The translations under genes were made by a program, and so were the position numbers. Below, one piece after another: positions 30,109 through 37,894 of a stretch of 64,000 nucleotides of DNA (positions are counted from its first letter, which is position 1; the number at the start of each line of letters is the position of its first letter). Below the pieces are notes generated by a model, which was given only the letters and a program-made list of their open reading frames with translations, did not search any database and was not told the DNA's origin. Source of the DNA: an uncultured Verrucomicrobiae bacterium (lineage in GTDB: Bacteria > Verrucomicrobiota > Verrucomicrobiia > Chthoniobacterales > Terrimicrobiaceae); the NCBI GenBank assembly GCA_963706955.1, contig CAVPOC010000008.1, forward strand, positions 512,001 to 576,000. Reading direction: 5' to 3'.

Positions 30109-31220
30109 GGGTCAGTCATGGTTTATTGATAGCTATAAGGAGTTGGCTCCGAAGTCTGGTCTGCAAGCCGCCAGCCTTGAGTAGTCGGGCTTGCCTGATG
30201 AGGCGGCAACAGTGGGATCGATCTCCCATGGCCAGGGTGTCGCGAATCCAGTCAAGGCGCATAACGGTGTGGCTTTGCACAAGCTCGGCGAGGACGGCCT
30301 TTCTCCAATCGCCCTTTGGAGCGCCACGAAGTTGCGTGAGCGAGATACCCAGCTTGCGGCATCCGGCCGAAATGATCCTCTGAGCCTTCTCAAGGCCATG
30401 ATCCTTGATTTCGGCTCCATGGTAACCGTCCTCCCGACGCCGGGTCCCGGGTGTTGTCTTCCTTGCCAGCAAGCCAAGCATTTTCTCGCGAAATGCCTGT
30501 GATCCAAAAAGCCAGCCTCGTCGCAAAGCGCTCTGGATGGCCAGCTCGGCTCTTGCCTCTTCCTCGGAAAACGACAGGCCGGCCATCGAGGGTTTGCGCC
30601 AGTCCACGCGCCTTTCCAGCATTCTAAGAAACTCGCGGCGGCCGGCGGCACTATCCTTGCAGCCCGTCACCGAGAATCCCATCGCGGTCTCCATCCACGG
30701 CGGTCGCTTGCTCGGCCAGCCGAGATAGGCCCGCAGGCTGCTCCAGGCAAAAGCTTCCAGCCCGTCAGGATCGCCGACCAATCTGCTTCGCACCGGGTTG
30801 AGGTGGATATAGTCCAGTAAAGCCCAAAAGCAGTTTCCGGGCTCCACCAGGATCGCTTTGTAGCGCCCACCAAAAAGGTGACCCCACCACCGATGTCGGG
30901 TGTTGATTCGCCTGGTATAGGCGTTCTGCAGCCAGCCCATCCCTCGGGAGAGATTGGCTTCGGGCGTTTCCAGCAGCAGGTGATAGTGGTTGCGCATGAG
31001 CACCCAGGCGTGAACCCGGAAGCCAGAACGCCCGCAGCCCTCTCCCAGTGTCCGCACGAAGGTATCTCGGTCTTCGTCATCCTTAACAATCGGCTCCCTT
31101 CTGTCCCCGCGCGCCATCACATGATAGATGGCCCCAGGAAACTCGATCCGAATCTGCCGCGCCATCGCCGACGACTATCGACCGCTTGCTCGCAAAATGT
31201 CAAGAAACCATGACTGACCC
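30109..31220. mobile_element. RAYT element delimited by 23-bp inverted repeats
   Basis: GGGTCAGTCATGGTTTATTGATA (30109-30131) versus the reverse complement of TGTCAAGAAACCATGACTGACCC (31198-31220), 21/23 identical. Confidence 0.8.
30116..31165 (-). CDS. REP-associated tyrosine transposase (RAYT, Y1/HUH) with C-terminal extension
   Basis: MARQIRIEFPGAIYHVMARG, AWVLMRNHYHLL (HUH), GHLFGGRYK, YIHLNPVR, WSS. Confidence 0.92.
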   Translation of the reverse strand: MARQIRIEFPGAIYHVMARGDRREPIVKDDEDRDTFVRTLGEGCGRSGFRVHAWVLMRNHYHLLLETPEANLSRGMGWLQNAYTRRINTRHRWWGHLFGGRYKAILVEPGNCFWALLDYIHLNPVRSRLVGDPDGLEAFAWSSLRAYLGWPSKRPPWMETAMGFSVTGCKDSAAGRREFLRMLERRVDWRKPSMAGLSFSEEEARAELAIQSALRRGWLFGSQAFREKMLGLLARKTTPGTRRREDGYHGAEIKDHGLEKAQRIISAGCRKLGISLTQLRGAPKGDWRKAVLAELVQSHTVMRLDWIRDTLAMGDRSHCCRLIRQARLLKAGGLQTRLRSQLLIAINKP

Positions 31221-31317
31221 GTTTTCGTTGACCCGTTTTCGTTAAACACCGTTTTCGGAAACAGATTGACAATTTCCGTGCCGTCCTCAGTCTCGGCGAA
31301 GTTACCGGGCCAAGGTC

Positions 31318-31995
31318 ATGAGTACAGTCAGTCGTCCGCCGGAGCCACCGTTCAACGCGGCGGAATTGACCATGCTCGCCCATCTGTATCGAGGCGAGAT
31401 GTACCGCAGCAAGGTCTGGCGCACGCGACTGGACGCGACGACCAACTGGGCTGTAGTGACCACCGGCGTGGCGGTCTCGGTTGCCTTTAGTAGCCCCGGG
31501 AGTTCACCTCTCCCTCTCGTTCTGGTCGTGCTGTTGGATCTGGTGTTCCTTGCCATGGAAGCCCGTCGCTATCGGTATTTCGACATCTGGCGCACGCGCG
31601 TGCGCATGATGGAAGTTTCCATGTACAGCCCACTTCTCCGGCTCAAAGGGGTTCGCGTTGACGACGGCTGGAACGAGGCACTGGCTCTCGACTACGAGGA
31701 GCCTCACTTTAACATCAGCATGTGGGAAGCATTGGGACGCCGCTTGCGACGCAACTACTCTTTCCTGTTTTTGATTCAAGGGGTGAGCTACGTTGCCAAA
31801 ATATGCATTCACCCAACGCCGGTCACGGCGCTCGAGCAACTGTGGGCGCGCGCGGCAGTTGGCCCGGTTCCTGGCGAGATCGTGTTGATCATAGGCTTTG
31901 TTTTCCACGCCGGATTGATCGCGCTGGCGCTTCTCACCCTAAGAGGACAGCTCGCAGCCGGGCGTGTCAAGGAACGAGGCGCTCGCTCGCAATGA
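31318..31995 (+). CDS. DUF2270 family integral membrane protein
   Basis: AHLYRGEMYRSKVWRTRLDATTNWAV, EARRYRYFD, EALGRRLRRNY. Confidence 0.9.
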   Translation: MSTVSRPPEPPFNAAELTMLAHLYRGEMYRSKVWRTRLDATTNWAVVTTGVAVSVAFSSPGSSPLPLVLVVLLDLVFLAMEARRYRYFDIWRTRVRMMEVSMYSPLLRLKGVRVDDGWNEALALDYEEPHFNISMWEALGRRLRRNYSFLFLIQGVSYVAKICIHPTPVTALEQLWARAAVGPVPGEIVLIIGFVFHAGLIALALLTLRGQLAAGRVKERGARSQ

Positions 31996-32028
31996 CTGCC
32001 GGCCTCAGCAGCGAGCCGATCACGGTCA

Positions 32029-32147
32029 GTCCCCGCGAGCCATCACATGATAGACGGGCCTCAGGAAACTCGATGCGAATCTGCCGTGCCATCGCCGACG
32101 ACTATCGACCGCTCGCTCGCAAAATGTCAAGAAACCATGACTGACCC
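32029..32147 (-). repeat. Second copy of the RAYT upstream end (IR, promoter and first ~20 codons)
   Basis: Near-identical to 31103-31220. Confidence 0.9.
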
Positions 32148-32212
32148 TTTTTATGATATATCCACGAGCGATGCCGCCTTACATACTTTGCCGCTGACGG
32201 CTAACGAACTCA

Positions 32213-32559
32213 TTACCGCAGGATCCCTTCGAGTGGCTTTCCCTTTGCGAGCTCATCGATCAGCTTGTCCAAATAGCGTATTTTCTGCATCAGCGGATCT
32301 TCGATTTCTTCCACGCGAACACCACACACTACGCCTTTGATAAGCGAACTATTCGGATGAATGGCTGGCGCTTGAGCAAAGAAGGTTTGAAGTCGTTTTC
32401 CTTTTTGATTTGCTGCTGTAGTCCCGCTTGGTCATAGCCCGTCAACCAGCAGATGATTTGGTCAACTTCTTCTTTCGTACGATTCTTGCGTTCCGCTTTT
32501 TGAACATACAGCGGATAAACCTTTGCAAATGTCATCGCGAAAATGTGATGCTTAGGCAT
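32213..32559 (-). CDS. DUF2200 family protein (integron cassette ORF; one apparent frameshift near 32390)
   Basis: [34 protein letters not shown], then [45 protein letters not shown] upstream. Confidence 0.85.
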
Positions 32560-32606
32560 CGTCATTCCTCCTGTGTGTCGGGACCCGAGACGCATGCTCT
32601 TCAGCA

Positions 32607-32736
32607 CGCTAACAATCAAGCTCACCTATCCCGAGCAAGTGAACAACTCTAAAACCGGTGTCCATCAGGCAGACGGATGCTCGAGAGAAGGCGAACCGCT
32701 CTGCTGGTAGGGATTCGGTGCAGCGCCTTGTTCGGC
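32607..32736 (-). other. attC integron cassette recombination site (130 bp)
   Basis: Minus strand GCCGAAC (R'') AAGGC GCTGCACC (L'') ... GGTGAGC (L') TTGATT GTTAGCG (R'); the arms pair with one extra base in L''; lies between two co-oriented short ORFs. Confidence 0.8.
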
Positions 32737-33158
32737 CTCTGTTGATCCGTCGGGCTTAAGAACTAACAGCGTTCCTTCGTCCGCAGAAAATCCGCTCGGG
32801 TAACCGAGACTTGCATCTCTATCACAAATAACAAGATTGCCGTCCTTTATCGTATATATCCCAAAGATGTCTGGCTTGGTCGGATTGGATGGCAAATATC
32901 CAACAATCAAATTGCGGCTCCCTACTCTGTCCACGACGTAAACGTGCCGACGACCTTCGCTCTTCCATCTCCAGCGTATCTCATCACTGCGGAATTCAAC
33001 GTAGTCCCCATGGTGGACTCTGGCCCATCGTTGGTCGTCTTTGAGACATATCGCCACTTGCCAAGGAGCTGATCCCTTATCTCGCCGGCGAATGCCCCCG
33101 AAGATGCCAAGATCAAGAGCAAAAGCGCTGCACGGAAATGATTCATCGCTTTCTTCAT
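32665..33158 (-). CDS. Secreted TIGR03067-like domain protein (integron cassette ORF; apparent frameshift near 33020)
   Basis: Signal peptide MNHFRAALLLLILASSGAFA, LLGKWRYVS, GIYTIKDGNLVIC..YPSGF..LLVLK; the C-terminus reads through the attC. Confidence 0.65.
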
Positions 33159-33382
33159 GGCCTAAAAAGTGATTGAACCTATCTGTTGAACTCCGGAAAC
33201 TGCGTGGTTAGCGAACGCTTTCATGGTTGTCGGATGGATTGCACTCAGCGCCGAGATGAAAGTTCGGGTTCAGAGTGCAAAGAGTTACTTCCGCATTAAA
33301 GGAGCTTGACGCCTGCAGGGCACTTTCTGATCGATCTGTCGGTAAACACGTGGAATTGCGAGATTAACCACAACAGATCAAA

Positions 33383-33763
33383 ATGCTTGTCGTGGCCAAA
33401 GATTTGCAGACTCAGCACGAAAAGGCGCTCGATTCCGCATCAATCAGCCGCGAACTGCGCCCGCACTTCCACGAGTGGCTGCGCTTCTACCTCGATTTTT
33501 CCTCCAACTACGGACATCCGCCCGGATCGCAGTCCAGTTTGCCGCTTTTCATGGCCAAGCTCGCCTTGAAGAGCCAGCCGGAAGCCAAGCGCAACGAAGC
33601 TTCAGTGGCGGTCACCCTTTACTTCAAGATGGCCGATATGGGGCAGGCTAATGCTCTATCCAGGCGGCAGGCCCCCCGGCTCCCCATGTTTAGCTGCTCT
33701 GCACTCCAGTCCAGCCCGACGTTGATGAGGACTGCGATGTCGTCATTGACGCCTTATTCGTAG
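33383..33763 (+). pseudogene. intI: Truncated integron integrase (N-terminal region only)
   Basis: EWLRFYLDF..Y..PP....SLP.F..KL..K.Q....EA..AVTLY resembles, from recall, the N-terminal extension of long integron integrases; divergent from the attC array; no tyrosine recombinase catalytic domain follows. Confidence 0.6.
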
Positions 33764-35109
33764 ATATGCCGGATCATCTTCTTCAGATCCGATGTGTATG
33801 TAGGATAGGCCCAAGTGACGCATTCGAGATCGTTGGCCGTCATGTCAAACTTAATGGCGAGGGCAAAGACGTTGATAACCTCAGATGCGTTGTGTCGCGC
33901 GAGGTGCGCTCCGAGAATTCCGTGGGTGCCGTTCTCAAACAGGATCTTGTAGCCGCCATGTTTTTCACCGATACGGATCGAGGATGCCCACTCTTCGGTC
34001 GTGCCCTCGTGCACATGGAATTCCAGTCCGCGCTCTTTTGCCCCTGACTCCGTCAACCCGACAGTCGCCAACTGCGGAATCGTAAAGACTGCACTCGCGA
34101 CTCCAGCGTAATCCATTTTCCTCACGTTCCCACTGGCGATGTTCGTCGCCGCCACCATGCCTTCAAGGTCAGCCACTGGTGCAAGTTGATAGGGCGTTGC
34201 GGCCACGTCGCCGGTGGCATATACTCGCGGATTGCTCACACTTTGGAGAAACTCATTTACGATCACGCCTTTCGGCCCTGACTCGACGCGGCCGAGGTCA
34301 CCCTCGAGGACGGAAAGATTCGGGACGCGACCGCTCGCTTCGATCACCAGATCCGCGCCGTACCGTTCTCCGCTTCTTCCGATCACGGAAAACCCCTGAC
34401 CATTACGCTCGACTGCCTGCGCGGGCTCATTCAGGACAATGTCGATTCCGGCATCCCGCGATGCTGCGATGATGATGTTTACCATGTCCGGATCGAAGGC
34501 TTTCAGGGGGCGCTCGGAGCGATGGAGAATCGTCACCTTCGCGCCGGCCCGCGCCGCGACGTGTGCGAATTCGAACGAAATATAGCCTCCACCAATAAAG
34601 AGAATTCGAGCCGGCAGTTCCCGCAGGTTGAGGAAGTCGTCGCTGGTCCCGACATGTTCCTCTCCGGGGATGCCGGCCTTGCGCGGTGTCGAACCGGTCG
34701 CGAGAACGATGTTGGACGCCCGAACAATCTCATCACCTACCTGAACCGCATCTGCAGCCATGAAGCGCGCATGGCCTCGAAGAACTTTGATTCCTGCCTC
34801 CTGGAAATTTTTCACGGTGTCCTCCGGAATGCCGTCCAGGAACTCGTTTTTGAGTCGTTGCAGCGCCGGCCAATCGCAGACCGGTGCGCTCGCAATTCCC
34901 CGTCCGACCAGATGGCTCGCCATCGCGATCGCCTCGGCGTTCGCGACGAGGTATTTCTTCGGCCGACAGCCCCGCAGTGCGCACGTTCCGCCAAACTCGC
35001 GTTCATCCACGATCGTCACCGTCCTTCCAGCCTCGCGCAGCCCATGCGCGCAATAATGGGCTGAAGTGCCCGACCCGATCACCAATACGTCCAAGGTTCC
35101 TTCGCTCAT
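33754..35109 (-). CDS. Pyridine nucleotide-disulfide oxidoreductase (glutathione reductase-like)
   Basis: VIGSG, GGTCALRGCRPKK redox disulfide, IGGGYISFE, ATGD, AYPT. Confidence 0.92.
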   Translation of the reverse strand: MSEGTLDVLVIGSGTSAHYCAHGLREAGRTVTIVDEREFGGTCALRGCRPKKYLVANAEAIAMASHLVGRGIASAPVCDWPALQRLKNEFLDGIPEDTVKNFQEAGIKVLRGHARFMAADAVQVGDEIVRASNIVLATGSTPRKAGIPGEEHVGTSDDFLNLRELPARILFIGGGYISFEFAHVAARAGAKVTILHRSERPLKAFDPDMVNIIIAASRDAGIDIVLNEPAQAVERNGQGFSVIGRSGERYGADLVIEASGRVPNLSVLEGDLGRVESGPKGVIVNEFLQSVSNPRVYATGDVAATPYQLAPVADLEGMVAATNIASGNVRKMDYAGVASAVFTIPQLATVGLTESGAKERGLEFHVHEGTTEEWASSIRIGEKHGGYKILFENGTHGILGAHLARHNASEVINVFALAIKFDMTANDLECVTWAYPTYTSDLKKMIRHIYE

Positions 35110-35404
35110 CGCACAAAGTCTGACTCCCTCCTCGTGCAACTTAACAGTTGAAAAGTTAACAACTCATCGGATTCGCTTGTCGGTATTTGGTGGCTCTATC
35201 GGAACAGGACCGCCGCTTGTTGTCATGGCGGATGCAACGCATGATTTTCCTTGCGAGATCCGCCTTGGGTTCGAGCGCCCGCCCAAGCGAGGCGGGCGCA
35301 GTATTCTTTTTCTTTCGCCCGCCGCGGTGCTAACGATGACTGCTACAAGGTGGCAAGCCTCACATAACTCACATAACTAAAGGAGGGGCCAATCCACCGA
35401 AAAG

Positions 35405-35758
35405 TGGAGGCGAGGGGAGTTGAACCCCTGTCCATAAAGCGGTCAGCAAGACCTTCTACATGCTTAGGCGATCTTTGGTGTCGGAGCGCTGCTGCGGACC
35501 GTCACGCCACAGGCTCCCAAGCGTCCACGAAATCGAATTCACCCCACACCGCGGTCACCCCGGCGGAAGGCCAGCCTGCTGCCATCGTATCCGTTCTTAG
35601 CAGGCGTCAGCCCGGACACGTCACGGCACGTTAGGCCGCGAGAGCTAGATCTTCGTGATCTGCGTTTATTTGTTTGATTCGATTTTTAGCGAGGCCAACG
35701 AATCATCCTCGGCATGCGAGCCTGGCATCGAACTTCATGTCGAAACCAATACGCCCCC
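35405..35758 (-). ncRNA. ssrA: tmRNA; tag peptide (A)ADHEDLALAA at 35631-35663
   Basis: 5' GGGGGCGTATTGGTTTCGAC, 3' GGGGTTCAACTCCCCTCGCCTCCA with G3-U pair; resume codon GCA after AATAAAC; tag ends LALAA-stop; upstream TTGATC-N16-TATCTT promoter (35772-35799). Confidence 0.96.
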
Positions 35759-35914
35759 AAGTAGAGGACTTAAGATACTGGAAAAGGTGGAAAGATCAAG
35801 GCAGGGAGCGGCGGTCGTATCAGCGCGACGCGGGGTGAACACCGCCTCCAGGATGCTATCGGGCGTAGCTAAACGGCACCGGGAAATCGCCGCTACAGAA
35901 TTTCGTAAGACGCT

Positions 35915-36340
35915 CTATTGTAGAAACTTGATTACGTAAGGAAATTCGTAGGTCTCGCCGTTACTCTCCTTGACTGCGCCGATAATGGTCAAAATTAGCC
36001 AGGCAACTCCGACGATGGCGTAGATGGGCAGGAAAATAAATCCAATCACCAGCCACCAGAGGAGCCCGAAGAGAGTGATCGCCGCAAAACCGTAAAGCGA
36101 ATAGGAGAGCTGGAAGTTCAGGACGCGTTTTCCAACGGAGTCTAAGTAAGGGCTGTCCTGTTTTTTGATCAGCCAAATGATCAGCGGCCCAATGACGTTG
36201 AGCAGGTGAGGACCGGCGAAGCCGAGCAGAGCGCTCAAATGAAGGCCCAGTGCCCACTGTCGTTCCGTGGCGTCTACCCCCGAGGCCGGCGGCAATGTAG
36301 GAGGTGCGTCCTGGGGAGGTGGCGGTGGCGGAGTGTCCAT
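35915..36340 (-). CDS. DUF4870 domain membrane protein
   Basis: ERQWALGLHLS, GPLIIWLIKK..SP, LNFQLS, IIGAVK..GE.Y.FP. Confidence 0.9.
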   Translation of the reverse strand: MDTPPPPPPQDAPPTLPPASGVDATERQWALGLHLSALLGFAGPHLLNVIGPLIIWLIKKQDSPYLDSVGKRVLNFQLSYSLYGFAAITLFGLLWWLVIGFIFLPIYAIVGVAWLILTIIGAVKESNGETYEFPYVIKFLQ

Positions 36341-36426
36341 TGGGGGCACTATGCAGGATCTCTGCCTGACACTGAAGCCCATTCTGACTGTTGCGGCTGG
36401 GAAAATCGCTGCTAAGATGGAAGCTC

Positions 36427-37296
36427 ATGCGAAAAGTCGTGTGGGCCTGCGCCTTGGCCCTTTGGTCTAGCTTGCAGGCCTCGACGCTACCGGAGAGCAT
36501 CATCTTCGTAGGTCCGACGAGATATCAGGCGTTGGTGAGCCGCGGTCTCAATGAAAATTGGAGGGAGCTTCCGGTCGGGGAGCGCACGACCAAAGTCGGT
36601 CTCGCCTTATTGGGGACACCCTACAAGAACTACACGCTGGAGCTCGATGACCGCATCGAGGCCCCGAGCGTAAACATGGCTGGAATGGACTGCTGGACGT
36701 TCTTCGAGATTGCCCTCGGCACTGCCCGCGCATTGAAGACGACCGAAAGCCCGACAACGCAAGATCTCCTGCGCATGATCGAGCTCGATCGATACCGCGG
36801 GGGAACGTGCAACGGTATCTTCACCTCCCGGCTGCACTATCTCGAACAATGGCTTTACGATAACCAAAAGCGTGGTCTGGTCTCGAACGTGACGCCTTCG
36901 CTTCCTGGCGCCAGAAGGCTCAAGCGCGACCTGAAACAGATGTCTGCCTTCTGGTACAAAAGCAGGCAGCTGCGCGCAAATCCGTCGTTGGTTCCGGAAA
37001 TGTCCCGCATTGAAGACCAGCTTTCCAGACGCGGAATCTGGTATGTTCCCAAATCGAAGGTCGCGGCTGCCGAAAAATATCTGCGCAATGGCGATATCGT
37101 CTGCATCGTAAGTACCTGGCCGAGCGGATACACTTCGCACGTTGGCCTTGCTTACCGGGACACGAACGGCGTCCTAAGATTCATGCACGCTTCCAAGAAT
37201 GCCGGCAAAGTCATCATTGATTCACGGCTGAGCAGCTATCTTAACCGCTATCGCACAAACGCCGGCATCATGGTCGCAAGACCGAACGACGTGTAA
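36427..37296 (+). CDS. DUF1460 / N-acetylmuramoyl-L-alanine amidase-like protein (permuted NlpC/P60)
   Basis: Signal peptide, LGTPY...TLE, MDCWTFFE, RLHY, GDIVCI, SHVG, FMHAS. Confidence 0.85.
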   Translation: MRKVVWACALALWSSLQASTLPESIIFVGPTRYQALVSRGLNENWRELPVGERTTKVGLALLGTPYKNYTLELDDRIEAPSVNMAGMDCWTFFEIALGTARALKTTESPTTQDLLRMIELDRYRGGTCNGIFTSRLHYLEQWLYDNQKRGLVSNVTPSLPGARRLKRDLKQMSAFWYKSRQLRANPSLVPEMSRIEDQLSRRGIWYVPKSKVAAAEKYLRNGDIVCIVSTWPSGYTSHVGLAYRDTNGVLRFMHASKNAGKVIIDSRLSSYLNRYRTNAGIMVARPNDV

Positions 37297-37424
37297 TCCG
37301 AACAGCCTGGGCAAATCGCCCCTTTTTGCAGATCCTGACCGTAGTCACTGGCGGCGGCACCCTTTTTGTCCTCTCGGAGAGTAGCGAGCAACAGGTAAGC
37401 GCCTTCTGGGGCGTCAATTCTCGT

Positions 37425-37453
37425 TTGCGTTGACGCCACGGGCTCCGTATTCT
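37425..37453 (+). promoter_or_regulatory. Putative sigma70 promoter of yajC-secDF
   Basis: TTGCGT-N17-TATTCT, 11 nt upstream of the yajC ATG. Confidence 0.5.
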
Positions 37454-37464
37454 GCGCGGTTCTC

Positions 37465-37812
37465 ATGAATCTCATCGACTTTCTCCTCCTCGCGCAAGCA
37501 GCCACCCCCGGCCCAGAGACGCCACAGCCGTCGTTCCTGGTGTCGATGATGCCGCTGATCTTTGTCTTTGTGATCTTTTATTTTCTGCTAATCCGCCCTC
37601 AGCAGAAACGTCAAAAAGACCACACCAAGCTGGTGGCATCAATTAAGACGGGAGACAAGATCGTCACGAGTTCCGGCATCCACGGCATCGTGGCCAACGT
37701 GAAGGAAAAGACCCTCCTCGTGAAGGTCGCCGATAATGTTAAAATAGAGTTTGACCGCTCTTCGGTCGCAGGGGTGGAGAAGAGCAGCGAAGTCGTAGAA
37801 GAGGTCAAGTAG
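37465..37812 (+). CDS. yajC: Preprotein translocase subunit YajC
   Basis: IFYFLLIRPQQKRQK, GDKIVTSSGIHG. Confidence 0.96.
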   Translation: MNLIDFLLLAQAATPGPETPQPSFLVSMMPLIFVFVIFYFLLIRPQQKRQKDHTKLVASIKTGDKIVTSSGIHGIVANVKEKTLLVKVADNVKIEFDRSSVAGVEKSSEVVEEVK

Positions 37813-37894
37813 AGCCCTCCAATCGCGTCCCAGATGCCCAAGCCAATTCACCTCCGAGCTTTGCCGTCTTTCTGAGGATCGCCTTTCCCTTGCC

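Larger units (their letters stand above)
22310..35427. mobile_element. Genomic island integrated at the tmRNA 3' end (about 13 kb, no intact integrase seen)
   Basis: Bounded by direct repeats of the tmRNA T-arm/acceptor end; cargo is accessory (ECF/STK, RAYT, integron relic). Confidence 0.75.

Noticed and set aside
33160..33382. A defined attI site, Pc promoter or additional attC upstream of the first cassette
   Set aside because: Only a TTTAGGC near-core is visible; I could not identify convincing paired boxes.
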